Shown: piece after piece, positions 9,619-18,873 of the stretch
Numbering within the stretch: position 1 is the first letter of the stretch
Layout of the letters: each line of letters begins with the position of its first letter
Assembly: GCA_964220215.1 (NCBI GenBank)
Contig: CAXPTH010000006.1
Location: forward strand, 3,863-67,862
DNA: 64,000 bases
Source of the DNA: Alteromonas sp.
Lineage (GTDB): Bacteria > Margulisbacteria > Marinamargulisbacteria > UBA6595
Reading direction: 5' to 3'
Position numbers and translations under genes: made by a program
The notes under the pieces: generated by a model
Seen by the model: the letters and a program-made list of their open reading frames with translations, nothing else
Told to the model about the DNA's origin: nothing
The model's database searches: none

Positions 9619-11418
9619 TTAGTGGATGGATTGCACTTGGTTTGAAATGGGAATTTCTGGTTTTTTAAACAAATAATGAAACACCTGCCACTCGCTACCG
9701 CGTTTGGTCTTAAATAGTTCTTCGCATGCCATAAAAAACAGGCGCCAAAAAATCCAATATTGCTTCGCTTTTCCTCCATAATTTTCGTGAAACAAGGCTG
9801 AAATTTCAGGCCGATGGGCATCCATATTGTTCAGCCAATCGCGACACGTTCGGGCATAGTGGGTGCCTGACACATCCCATTGATTTTTAATGGTTAAGTG
9901 ATTCTGGGCAATTTGAAATAAATCCCGGCTGGGCATTTGGCCACCGGAGAAAAAATAGCGACTCATCCAATTGGCCACCCACGATTGATTGGCTTTAATG
10001 TCAAAAGGATATGCGTATTCCCGATGCCCAAAAATATGAATAAAGGCGTACCCGTCGTCGGCTAACCACGCGGCCAATCGTTTGAATAATTGATCGTAGT
10101 TGTGCAAATGCTCAAACAGCTCAATGCTGACAATACGATCAAATTTTCGTCGAAATCGAATTTCAGCAACATTGGCACGTTTCACAATCAGATTGTGTAA
10201 GCCTCGCTCAGCAATTTGCTCGTTAATATAGGCTTCTTGTGTTCCAGAGTTTGAAATGGCTAAAAATTTGGATTTGGGGTATTTCTGAGCGGCATACAAA
10301 CAAAACGATCCCCAGCCACACCCCAGCTCTAAGACGGTTTGCCCATCGATTAAGTTGGCGCGTTGGCAGACACGCTCAAGCATGTTGGATTCAGCTTGAT
10401 CCAGGGATTGGGTGTTGCTTGTATAGAATCCGGAACTGTATTTCTTGTGTTTGCCCAAGGCATACGTATAAAACTCCGTGGGCACTTCATAATGCTGGTC
10501 ATTCGCAGCATCGGTTTCATAGGCAATGTTGCCGTGCTTGAGTTGTTTGGCATAGTCGTGAATGGTATGGGTCTTGTAATGGGCCTTAAGTTGGCGAAGC
10601 CGGGCTCGGAGTTGGTATCGGATACCCAGTCGATACACCCAATCGGGTAATTGAATGGTACAGATAACCCAGCGATAAACATCCGGAATAATCATCGGTG
10701 TTTCCGTTTGATATTGGCGATAGGCATCGCCATGGCGGTCGCAGGAGCATCGTTCGGTATATGGACCACTAACATGGCGCAAGATTATCCACATGATGAC
10801 TGGGCTAAGCCAACCCCAAAGACTGGGGACACAAAGGGCAACGCCCACCCACATGAGCCATTCAAAAAAATAATTGGGGTGCCGAGAATAGGCCCATAAC
10901 CCAGATTGACAGATGCCCCCGTTTGGGACCGTTTTTTTGAAGGTGTACAGCTGCATATCAGCCACATGCTGCCCCCCAATGCTTAGGCCAATAACACTCA
11001 AGCCCAACACCCCGACTAGATGAATAGAAGTCGCGTCTTGAAGGGAAAACACGCTCACTATAAGGAGAATTTGGATCGACCCTTGAACTAGATAATGCCC
11101 CCATAATTTAATGTGTTTGATCCAACCGTTGCCGGTCCAATTGGTTTGCATCGTGGTATACCGATGGTCGTGGCGATTGTGGCGGATTCGTGTCCACCAT
11201 AAAAACCCAGATAATCGCATGGCCCATATACACAAAGCGGCAACCACAAGCCACCCCGGTAGCGACAATGGGGCCATAACCCCAAGGCCACATGCCGCTA
11301 AAGCAATCCCAAGCGCCCAGTATACATCAACAATAGCGGGGTTTTTGAGCCATAGGCTCAGTCCAAATAGGCTGGTTACACCTGCATAAATACCAAGTAT
11401 GATCCATAGTATAGTCAT
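9619..11418 (-). CDS. DUF1295 membrane domain fused to a CFA-synthase-family SAM methyltransferase
   Basis: The N-terminal ~260 aa match the DUF1295 pattern (WAMRLSGFLWWTRIRHNRHDHRY, ADMQLYTFKK, GLWAYSRHPNYFFEWLMWVG). The C-terminal ~330 aa look like a CMAS/CFA synthase (HYEVPTEFY, VLELGCGWGSFCLYAAQKY, FDRIVSIELFEHL). ATGA overlap with the upstream gene. Confidence 0.8.
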   Translation of the reverse strand: MTILWIILGIYAGVTSLFGLSLWLKNPAIVDVYWALGIALAACGLGVMAPLSLPGWLVVAALCIWAMRLSGFLWWTRIRHNRHDHRYTTMQTNWTGNGWIKHIKLWGHYLVQGSIQILLIVSVFSLQDATSIHLVGVLGLSVIGLSIGGQHVADMQLYTFKKTVPNGGICQSGLWAYSRHPNYFFEWLMWVGVALCVPSLWGWLSPVIMWIILRHVSGPYTERCSCDRHGDAYRQYQTETPMIIPDVYRWVICTIQLPDWVYRLGIRYQLRARLRQLKAHYKTHTIHDYAKQLKHGNIAYETDAANDQHYEVPTEFYTYALGKHKKYSSGFYTSNTQSLDQAESNMLERVCQRANLIDGQTVLELGCGWGSFCLYAAQKYPKSKFLAISNSGTQEAYINEQIAERGLHNLIVKRANVAEIRFRRKFDRIVSIELFEHLHNYDQLFKRLAAWLADDGYAFIHIFGHREYAYPFDIKANQSWVANWMSRYFFSGGQMPSRDLFQIAQNHLTIKNQWDVSGTHYARTCRDWLNNMDAHRPEISALFHENYGGKAKQYWIFWRLFFMACEELFKTKRGSEWQVFHYLFKKPEIPISNQVQSIH

Positions 11419-13397
11419 ACAGTGTTTCGTTTAAATTGAAGTTGGTAAACGCCTAGATAATCGCTAGAAAATGCGGCTTCACAGTAGGCAAAGTAGTAAT
11501 GCCAACGCCGTAGAAAATCCGATGAAAACCCCAGCTTTTGAGCAGCGGCTTCGTTGCCCTGTAAATTTTCAGCCCATTTTTTCAACGTGATGGCGTAGCT
11601 GCTGGCAATATTGGTGGCTGTGACCAAGCGCAAATGGGTGAGTTGGCGGGTTAACGACGTAATGGTTTCTAAAGAGGGCAAATGCCCACCAGGGAAAATG
11701 CTGTGTTTAATAAAGTCCATGCTGGTTTTGTATCGCTTATAATCGTGATTGGGGTACGTGATGGCTTGTAAAATAACTCGACCACCCGGCTTAACCAATC
11801 GGTTTAATTGTTTAAAATAATCGGGTAAAAATTGGTGCCCCACCGCTTCAATCATTTCAATACTAACAATGTGATCATAGTGACCCGATAGTGTTCGGTA
11901 GTCTTGCAGTTGAATGCTAATGAGATCTTGAAGGCCTTCATCGTGAATGCGTTGCTGGGTCCAGTCGTATTGTTCTTGGGATAATGTAATGGTCGTCACC
12001 CGACAGCCCACCGTTTTGGCGATATGCAAGGCCATGCCGCCCCAACCCGAACCAATTTCTAACACGTGATCGGTCGGGGATAGATTCATGGGCTCAACTA
12101 AAGCCCGGAGTTTCCGCTGCTGAGCGGTGCTTAACGATTCGGATTCGTTGTCAAATAGTGCCGATGAATACAGTTTGGTCTCATCTAAAAATAAGGCATA
12201 AAAATCATTGCTAATGTCATAATGATCTTGAATATTACTTTTGGATTGATCCACGGTATTTAAGGCCTGTTTTCGCGTGGCGAACTTCAAATATAAGCGA
12301 TACCACCAGGATCCGTTGCTCATGCTTTGAATCAAGCTGCAATTGATGAGAATGACTTTGAGCAAATCAGCCACCGATGGGCTGTGCCAATACCCACGAA
12401 TATACGCTTGGGCAAACCCAATTTCCCCTTTTCGAGCGAGTGTTGAAAAGAACCAGGTGTTGTTGATGGTAATTTGAGCCTGCAGGGAACTGGCTGGATC
12501 ACCAAATTCTTCTTGGGACCCGTCGGGCAGGGTTAGTGTTAAACAACCATGTTTGAGCTGTTTAAGGCGATTCGACAAAAGGCTCCAAATGCGACGATGC
12601 GATAAAGACAAAGGCATTGTTCGAATTAAATTTTGACCAATGGGTTTAACGTTTGCATGCAACTTCTTTTTATAATACAGGATAATGGCTTGTTTGAAAA
12701 TTCTGGGGAGCACAAGGGCATTGGTTAATGGGTGAGTAATCGCCGTTTTTAAGAGCTGATACCGAGATAACGGCCGGGTGGTTCCGCCAAATGTGGCGGT
12801 GAGTGTTTTTTGATCTTCCTGATAGTAATCAATGGTGACCAAAAGCCGAGACGCTGTGTTGGCAATCGTAAAATGATAGTGCCCGGTTTCATTGAGGAAT
12901 GGCGAAACATGAAATGGTTTTTCAATTTTAAATTGATTGGGTCCAATCTGATGGCGTGTGTCGCATTGATATAAGTAGCTTTCTTTGTAGGTGTTGGTCA
13001 CTTCAGCCATGAGTCCCACGAGGGTATCGGCATGATACAGCAAATACAGGCTGATTGGCTTAAATGGCCGACCCAAGTACCGGGGCATGGTTAATAATTG
13101 AATACGGGTTACGGGGTGTTGAAATTGCATGGATTGCATGTGCTTGTTGAGTTTGGCATCTAGGGTGTCGGTTGTGGGGTCTAGATAATCGGCATCATAG
13201 ATAGACCACAATCGCCGTTGATTGTAGCCCAATGGGGATTGGCTTAATTCACGGGTATCGCATCGAATCCATACCAGCGGGTATTCAAAATGATGGTGGG
13301 TGGGCGCATGCCGCGTGTGGGTCGTGGTGCCCGCAATAATGGCGTTACAGGCTGTCGATGAGTTGTTGCGCACTGTGGGTGCCCCATTGAAAGCCAT
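11415..13397 (-). CDS. DUF1365 domain fused to a CFA-synthase-family SAM methyltransferase
   Basis: The N-terminal part matches DUF1365 (GTTTHTRHAPTHHHFEYPLVWIRCDTREL, MPRYLGRPFKPISLYLLY). The C-terminal part looks like a CMAS (HYDISNDFYALFLD, VLEIGSGWGGMALHIAKTVGCRVTTITLSQEQ, YDHIVSIEMIEAVG). The start is uncertain: ATG 13397, GTG 13373, or the ORF maximum 13520. All three overlap the upstream gene. Confidence 0.8.
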   Translation of the reverse strand: MAFNGAPTVRNNSSTACNAIIAGTTTHTRHAPTHHHFEYPLVWIRCDTRELSQSPLGYNQRRLWSIYDADYLDPTTDTLDAKLNKHMQSMQFQHPVTRIQLLTMPRYLGRPFKPISLYLLYHADTLVGLMAEVTNTYKESYLYQCDTRHQIGPNQFKIEKPFHVSPFLNETGHYHFTIANTASRLLVTIDYYQEDQKTLTATFGGTTRPLSRYQLLKTAITHPLTNALVLPRIFKQAIILYYKKKLHANVKPIGQNLIRTMPLSLSHRRIWSLLSNRLKQLKHGCLTLTLPDGSQEEFGDPASSLQAQITINNTWFFSTLARKGEIGFAQAYIRGYWHSPSVADLLKVILINCSLIQSMSNGSWWYRLYLKFATRKQALNTVDQSKSNIQDHYDISNDFYALFLDETKLYSSALFDNESESLSTAQQRKLRALVEPMNLSPTDHVLEIGSGWGGMALHIAKTVGCRVTTITLSQEQYDWTQQRIHDEGLQDLISIQLQDYRTLSGHYDHIVSIEMIEAVGHQFLPDYFKQLNRLVKPGGRVILQAITYPNHDYKRYKTSMDFIKHSIFPGGHLPSLETITSLTRQLTHLRLVTATNIASSYAITLKKWAENLQGNEAAAQKLGFSSDFLRRWHYYFAYCEAAFSSDYLGVYQLQFKRNTV

Positions 13398-14556
13398 CTT
13401 CATGAAACCCATACCCCATGTAGCTGCCAGCCACAAAAATAGGCGGTGTCTGTTGGCGCAAGACAGCTTGGGTGGCCAGGCTGGCGGTGTCAAAGATGGG
13501 GTGTCGCTCGGTTCGATCATTCAGAATTTTATCGGATTGAATGGTATCGGGATTATTGAGTGTGACCAAGTAGTGTGTGTTGGCCATGCTTAGGGCATGC
13601 AGGCGATTCATATAATAGGTCACATGGCAATGGGGGGCTGTGTGATGCACGGTCCATGAGGCCCATCGATGGGGGGCTGTTCGGGGCATAATGCTTGTAT
13701 CGGTATGCAGGGTAACCCGATTTGTTGCATACCGCCAAGGGGCTAAACACTTGGCTAAGGGATGGTTGCCTAAGCAGGCATGGGCTTGATCGGCTTGGGC
13801 GGCGATTAAAACACGGTCAAATGGGATGGATTCCGTTTCTGTTCGAACAACAGCGGTTGTATCCGATTGTAGCACGGCTTGAATGGGCGTGTTTGTATGA
13901 ATCCTGCCTGAAAATTGGGCTTGAAATGCGTCAAGATAGCGTTGGGCACCCCCACAAACGGTGCGCCAACGGGGACGATCCTGAACTTGAAGCAGGCAAT
14001 GATTATCCCAAAAAGCAAAAAAAGACTGGGCTGGAAAATTTAGAATTTCGTCATCCGGGCAGGACCAAATGGCGGCTCCCATGGGGATTAAATAGCGGTG
14101 AATAAAGGCATCGGGGTAATTTTTTTGGGCGAGGTATTCACGCAACGATAGGGTGCCCATTGTCGGCAAATCGGCCATCGTGGTGCGATTAAATAGTGAA
14201 ATTGTTCGAATAACGGACCAGTGCGTCGGGGACCACCACCGGCTACCCACGATTCCCCACGGGATATCGCTGGTGTAAAAATACCCATCGTCGTGGTAGC
14301 CAAACGACATGTCGCTGGCTTGGGTGGGTACGGATAGTTCGTTTAGAAATTGTGAAAATAATGGGTAGTTTTTGTCATTCAATACAATAAAGCCGGTATC
14401 AATGGCTGTTTCGGTGTCCACTGCAATGGTATGGGTGTGGCCACCCAGGCGGGGTTGGGCTTCAAACAGGTCAACCTGGGCATGATTCTGGAGGGCATAG
14501 CAGGCGGCAATGCCAGTGATGCCGGACCCAACAACGGCGACCCTAGGCTTTGGCAT
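13345..14556 (-). CDS. FAD-dependent oxidoreductase (amine-oxidase/phytoene-desaturase-like)
   Basis: 403 aa with the N-terminal dinucleotide fold VAVVGSGITGIAACYAL..DLFEAQPRLGGH and the amine-oxidase-like C-terminus FVAGSYMGYGFHEDG. Confidence 0.8.
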   Translation of the reverse strand: MPKPRVAVVGSGITGIAACYALQNHAQVDLFEAQPRLGGHTHTIAVDTETAIDTGFIVLNDKNYPLFSQFLNELSVPTQASDMSFGYHDDGYFYTSDIPWGIVGSRWWSPTHWSVIRTISLFNRTTMADLPTMGTLSLREYLAQKNYPDAFIHRYLIPMGAAIWSCPDDEILNFPAQSFFAFWDNHCLLQVQDRPRWRTVCGGAQRYLDAFQAQFSGRIHTNTPIQAVLQSDTTAVVRTETESIPFDRVLIAAQADQAHACLGNHPLAKCLAPWRYATNRVTLHTDTSIMPRTAPHRWASWTVHHTAPHCHVTYYMNRLHALSMANTHYLVTLNNPDTIQSDKILNDRTERHPIFDTASLATQAVLRQQTPPIFVAGSYMGYGFHEDGFQWGTHSAQQLIDSL

Positions 14557-15172
14557 AAGGCATTTTTGTACCAGGGTTAACGGTGTGGTAATGATCGAGC
14601 CCGGAGATCGTCATGGTTCCCAATAGGGACAAGTCAATCGACCCATTGTTTTGAATGCAGGGTTTGGCGATATGCACCCATCGAATGTGAGCAATGACAA
14701 TATGAGTAGGATTCACTTGAGTATGGTGGACCTCGGCAAATTCCAGCCCCAGTTTGAATTGAGACTCTTGGACGTAGGGGGCGGGAAAGTCATTGAAGTA
14801 TTCGGGTGTTAACCCAGTGGCTTCAAATTCAGAAACGGTTTTGGGATACCGGGCACTGGTTTGATGGGCGGCTTTAAAAAACGATTCACCAATATGGTTG
14901 AGCGTAAAAAAATGCGTATGCATAATATTTTCGTAGCCATGGCGAGGGACTATACTAGGCCGAAACACAATGCCAAGGGTGGGGGGATTGCTGCCAATAT
15001 GCACTGCGGAGCTCACGAGCGTTAAATTTTCATTTCCGTCAGCATCCACAGTACCGACTAAGTTGGCACTTTTGAACCCGGATAAACTATTGATAAAATT
15101 GACTTGGTATCGGCCATCCATGGCGGCAATATCGGACACCCCCAGCGTTACGGTTTCGGGGGATTGAGTCAC
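14543..15172 (-). CDS. flavin reductase-like (FMN-binding split-barrel) protein
   Basis: 209 aa with the Flavin_Reduct-type pattern FINSLSGFKSANLVGT..NLTLVSSAVHIGSNPPTLGIVFRP. 14-nt overlap with the downstream oxidoreductase. Confidence 0.65.
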   Translation of the reverse strand: MTQSPETVTLGVSDIAAMDGRYQVNFINSLSGFKSANLVGTVDADGNENLTLVSSAVHIGSNPPTLGIVFRPSIVPRHGYENIMHTHFFTLNHIGESFFKAAHQTSARYPKTVSEFEATGLTPEYFNDFPAPYVQESQFKLGLEFAEVHHTQVNPTHIVIAHIRWVHIAKPCIQNNGSIDLSLLGTMTISGLDHYHTVNPGTKMPYAKA

Positions 15173-15175
15173 GGG

Positions 15176-15772
15176 CTATAAACTACCTTTCGTGGAGGGT
15201 ATTTGAGACCCACGGTTGGGGTCTAGGCGTGTGGCTTGAGATAAGATTCTTCCCAGCGCTTTGAAAATAGACTCGCATACGTGATGGGTGTTGGTTCCCC
15301 GAATCACGTCCACATGCAATGTAATGCCGGCATGTAGCACAAAAGCTCGAAGAAATTCCTCGACCAGTTCGGTATCAAAATCACCCACTTTGGGTGCAAT
15401 GGGGGGGATTTGGTAATGCAAAAACGCACGGTTGCTAATATCAACGCTGATTGAGCAGAGGGCTTCGTCCATTGGAATTGATCCTGAGGCATACCGATAA
15501 ATGCCGCGACAATCGCCCAGGGCTTGCTTAATGGCTTGCCCTAAAACAATGCCGGTATCTTCAACCGTATGATGGGCATCGATGTGCAAATCACCGCGAA
15601 TCGACAACTCAAGATCATACAAGCTGTGTGCCGCAAATAAGGTGAGCATGTGGCCAAAAAATCCACAATCGGTGGTTAAGGCCAATTGACCAGTACCGTC
15701 GAGTTGAACCGATCCGGCAATCTGTGTTTCGGTGGTTTTTCGTTCAATGCGTCCAAATCGTGGTTGGGTCAT
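15176..15772 (-). CDS. hisB: imidazoleglycerol-phosphate dehydratase
   Basis: 198 aa with [38 protein letters not shown] and [19 protein letters not shown] overlap with ruvB. Confidence 0.93.
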   Translation of the reverse strand: MTQPRFGRIERKTTETQIAGSVQLDGTGQLALTTDCGFFGHMLTLFAAHSLYDLELSIRGDLHIDAHHTVEDTGIVLGQAIKQALGDCRGIYRYASGSIPMDEALCSISVDISNRAFLHYQIPPIAPKVGDFDTELVEEFLRAFVLHAGITLHVDVIRGTNTHHVCESIFKALGRILSQATRLDPNRGSQIPSTKGSL

Positions 15773-16830
15773 ATGAATTTAGTTTGCACCATCACCTCGG
15801 GTGGCGTCAAGCCAAGGTGCTTGTAGGCTTCGGGACGTGCCATGCGACCTCGAGCGGTCCGGTCAATAAATCCAATTTGCAGCAAGTAGGGTTCGTAGAC
15901 ATCTTCTAATGTGCCCACATCTTCAGACAAACTGGCAGCGATGGTGTCAATACCAACGGGTCCGCCGTTAAAATGCTCGATAATAATGCGCAAATACTGT
16001 CGGTCAATTTTGTCTAAGCCCAGGTCATCAATGGCCAAGGATTCGCATGCATCGGCGACCAGTTCTGGGGTAATGGTGGCATTGTTGTGGACTTGGGCCC
16101 AATCCCGGACCCGTTTGAGCAATCGGTTGGCAATTCGGGGCGTGCCTCGAGACCGTCGGGCTAATTGATGGGCCGAATCGTCTGAAATCTCAGTGTCCAA
16201 AACCGTTGCGGCACGCCGAATAATTGTGGCGAGGTCCTCATGGGTGTAAAATTCCAGCCGTTCCAAAATTCCAAATCGATCCCGTAAGGGAGCGCTCAGC
16301 AACCCCACACGGGTGGTGGCGCCAATGAGGGTGAAGGGTTGCAAATCCAATCGAATGGAGCGAGCGGCCGGGCCTTTGCCGATGATAATATCCAGTTGGC
16401 GGTCTTCCATGGCGGGATACAACACTTCTTCAACGACGCGTTGCATGCGGTGAATTTCATCAATAAATAAGACATCACCGTGTTGCAAATTGGTTAAAAT
16501 AGCGGCCAAATCCCCGGCGCGTTCGATGGCGGGCCCGGATGTTGTTTTAATGTTGACGCTCATTTCATTGGCAACAATTGTTGCGAGCGTTGTTTTGCCC
16601 AATCCGGGTGGGCCGTGCAACAAAACATGTTCGATGGGTTCTTGGCGTTGCTTGGCGGCTTGAATAAAAATGCCTAAGTTTTTTTTAATGGTGGTTTGCC
16701 CAATAAAATCACCCAGTTCTTGAGGGCGTAGTGAGGGGGTTTTGGGGTCATCAAATAAAGGGGCTGAAGTAACAATGCGTTCGGGATCGTCTGCAAAATT
16801 ATCCGATGGGGTATGCTGCTCAATCATCAC
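15769..16830 (-). CDS. ruvB: Holliday junction branch migration helicase RuvB
   Basis: 353 aa with [12 protein letters not shown], Walker [12 protein letters not shown], Walker B LFIDEIHR, and [15 protein letters not shown]. Confidence 0.96.
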   Translation of the reverse strand: MMIEQHTPSDNFADDPERIVTSAPLFDDPKTPSLRPQELGDFIGQTTIKKNLGIFIQAAKQRQEPIEHVLLHGPPGLGKTTLATIVANEMSVNIKTTSGPAIERAGDLAAILTNLQHGDVLFIDEIHRMQRVVEEVLYPAMEDRQLDIIIGKGPAARSIRLDLQPFTLIGATTRVGLLSAPLRDRFGILERLEFYTHEDLATIIRRAATVLDTEISDDSAHQLARRSRGTPRIANRLLKRVRDWAQVHNNATITPELVADACESLAIDDLGLDKIDRQYLRIIIEHFNGGPVGIDTIAASLSEDVGTLEDVYEPYLLQIGFIDRTARGRMARPEAYKHLGLTPPEVMVQTKFI

Positions 16831-16935
16831 GTATCAGTGTAGCATAGATTGATTGGGATCCCCTTGATTTATTTTTATCATCCAATCTTTAAATCAGTAC
16901 ACTAGCCTCCTAAAAGTTCTTAAATCTAACTAAAA

Positions 16936-17215
16936 AGTCCCCTAAAGCCCCCTAAATCCCCCTAAAGGGGGACTTGTGATACGGATAATCTCAAAAAAAA
17001 AGAATTGGGAGTGACACTTAGACGACACCATAGTATTGGGGTAATTTTAGATAAAGCAATTTCAACAATCTAATATTCGCCTACCAAAGTCCCCTTTAGG
17101 GGATTTAGGGGCCTAGGGGGGGCATTGACTTTTGTATTACAAGTCCCCCTTTAGGGGATTTAGGGGGCCTAGGGAGATAGAGGGCCTAGGGATTTAGTGG
17201 CCTAAATTTAGGGGC
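16936..17215. repeat. MITE-like intergenic element, copy A
   Basis: A left C-rich array (GTCCCCTAAAGCCCCCTAAATCCCCCTAAAGGGGGAC, 16936-16972) and a right G-rich inverted array (GTCCCCTTTAGGGGATTTAGGGG..., 17089-17122) bracket a ~116-nt core that starts TTGTGATACGGATAATCTCAA. An extra solo G-rich arm lies at 17142-17215. The element is homologous to 60339-60740. Confidence 0.75.
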
Positions 17216-17224
17216 TACTATTAT

Positions 17225-18073
17225 CTATAACAACACCGCCAATTGCGTTGCTGAAATAGACAATGGGGAGTCTGGTCGAACCCCATCCCCATCGCATTGA
17301 ATGGGCTGATGGGTATGCAGGGTCGCGCGAGTGATGGGAATATGCTGAACCTGGGGGTGCCAGTGCGTTTTGCCAAGCACGAGCAAGACCAAGAACCATC
17401 CCCAGCTCCACACAGACCCAAACCGATGCACAATAGCCGTGAGCTCAGGCGTTGTTAATGGGTTGGGGGTTAACACAAATGGGCCCGCATAGTGTGGCGT
17501 GTTGGTAATGATGCACCCCGTTCCAACATAAGACTGTGTGGGCGTTTCTAATACAACCGCAGGGCGATTGGCAATTTGACCACACTGACGAATCAGTTCA
17601 ACCGCGTAGGCATAGCGACCGATCCACCGTTTGAGGCGTACGGACACATGGTGCACAATACTGGCGTCAATACCGGTGCTGATGGCCATTAAAAAAGGCT
17701 GTGCATTGGATAGTCCCATCCGAATGGATCGAGGGGCCCAGCGACGCAATGCGGCGTAGTCTGTATTTCGGCGGGTGATTCCCAATGCATGGGCCAGTAC
17801 ATTGCAGGTGCCCAATGGGGTAATGCCAATCGGGACATTCAGCCCCATGCGGTGCATATCGGTCACAACGTCCCGAATAGTGCCGTCGCCGCCCATAATC
17901 CAGACCGCATCGATGGGGGAATCGGGCCATATAAAGTGGCGGGTTTGCGTATTAAACTGGGTGACATGGCTTACGGTCATGCCCAAGGCCTTGGCGCTTG
18001 TTTCCAATTGCTGCGCATCCCGAATGCGATAGTTCCCAGCGTTTGTATTCGCAATACAAACAATATGGGTCAT
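17225..18073 (-). CDS. diacylglycerol-kinase-family lipid kinase (YegS/DAGK_cat type)
   Basis: 282 aa with the DAGK catalytic-domain signature WIMGGDGTIRDV and IGITPLGTCNVLAHALG. Confidence 0.75.
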   Translation of the reverse strand: MTHIVCIANTNAGNYRIRDAQQLETSAKALGMTVSHVTQFNTQTRHFIWPDSPIDAVWIMGGDGTIRDVVTDMHRMGLNVPIGITPLGTCNVLAHALGITRRNTDYAALRRWAPRSIRMGLSNAQPFLMAISTGIDASIVHHVSVRLKRWIGRYAYAVELIRQCGQIANRPAVVLETPTQSYVGTGCIITNTPHYAGPFVLTPNPLTTPELTAIVHRFGSVWSWGWFLVLLVLGKTHWHPQVQHIPITRATLHTHQPIQCDGDGVRPDSPLSISATQLAVLL

Positions 18074-18873
18074 GGTGTCACCAGTAGGGCTTCGGCGATA
18101 CTCGCAATGGTATCGGATCGGGTATTTTCGGGGAGTCCGTCCGTTAAAATCGTGAGCACATAAGCGTTGTTTCCGTGTATAATCAGGCCGGCATCGTGCC
18201 GAACCGAACCGAGTGTTCCAGTTTTGTTGGCTACACTATATGAACGCGGTAGTCGATGGGGAATCCCCCACCGATAAATTTGTTCTTTCATATGGCTCAA
18301 GACGTGCTGAGTAAGTAAGGGTGAGATTAATTCATAGCGGGCCAGTTTTATCAGCAATTGGTGAATATCCATGGCGGTGGTTTGATTGGATTGAGGTGGC
18401 TGGGTGAGTCTGGGGTTTTTTAGCCAGGTACTGCCCATGCCTATTGTTTGTATATAATTATTAATGGCGTCGCGTCCCAAATGCTCAATCAGCATGATGG
18501 TGGCTGTGTTGTCGCTGTAGCGCATCATCATATCCGCTAAGCTGTCCAAGCGATACCGGTCTCCGGGTTTGTGGGTTTTTAGAATTCCAGCACCGGATTG
18601 TGTGTGGTGATCGTGATACACTATTGTATCGGATTCCAATAGCGTGCCCGATTCTATGCGATTGTATAAGCAGGTTAAAATAGGCAATTTAATTAAACTG
18701 GCTGGGTTGTAGCGTTGATGGGGGCGCCAACTTTGGGTGTGATTGCTGCCTAAATGGGTCCACACGAGGCTAATATTATTAGAAACCGGTTCAATTAGTT
18801 TTACAACATGTGGGGGTAGTGCATAAACAGGGATAACAATGAGTAATAGGCTTAGTGTGCGACAGTAGCCCAT
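18070..18873 (-). CDS. class A beta-lactamase-related serine hydrolase (secreted)
   Basis: 267 aa with a signal-peptide-like N-terminus and the motifs SxxK (ASLIK), SDN (YSDN) and KTG (NKTG). No obvious Glu166-type omega-loop motif. Confidence 0.65.
   Translation of the reverse strand: MGYCRTLSLLLIVIPVYALPPHVVKLIEPVSNNISLVWTHLGSNHTQSWRPHQRYNPASLIKLPILTCLYNRIESGTLLESDTIVYHDHHTQSGAGILKTHKPGDRYRLDSLADMMMRYSDNTATIMLIEHLGRDAINNYIQTIGMGSTWLKNPRLTQPPQSNQTTAMDIHQLLIKLARYELISPLLTQHVLSHMKEQIYRWGIPHRLPRSYSVANKTGTLGSVRHDAGLIIHGNNAYVLTILTDGLPENTRSDTIASIAEALLVTP

Noticed and set aside
16936-16972. CCCTAAA-like units resembling plant-type telomere repeats
   Set aside because: The units are imperfect (CCCCTAAAG / CCCCCTAAAT), number only 3-6, lie inside a bacterial chromosome, and are always paired with an inverted arm. 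They are better explained as terminal inverted repeats of the MITE-like element.
18070-18873. Class A beta-lactamase-like gene as an antibiotic-resistance determinant
   Set aside because: SxxK, SDN and KTG are present, but I cannot find the Glu166/Asn170 omega-loop motif. The gene also sits in a housekeeping rpsO-pnp-peptidase operon. It is more likely a cell-wall-related serine hydrolase, so the resistance claim is not supported.
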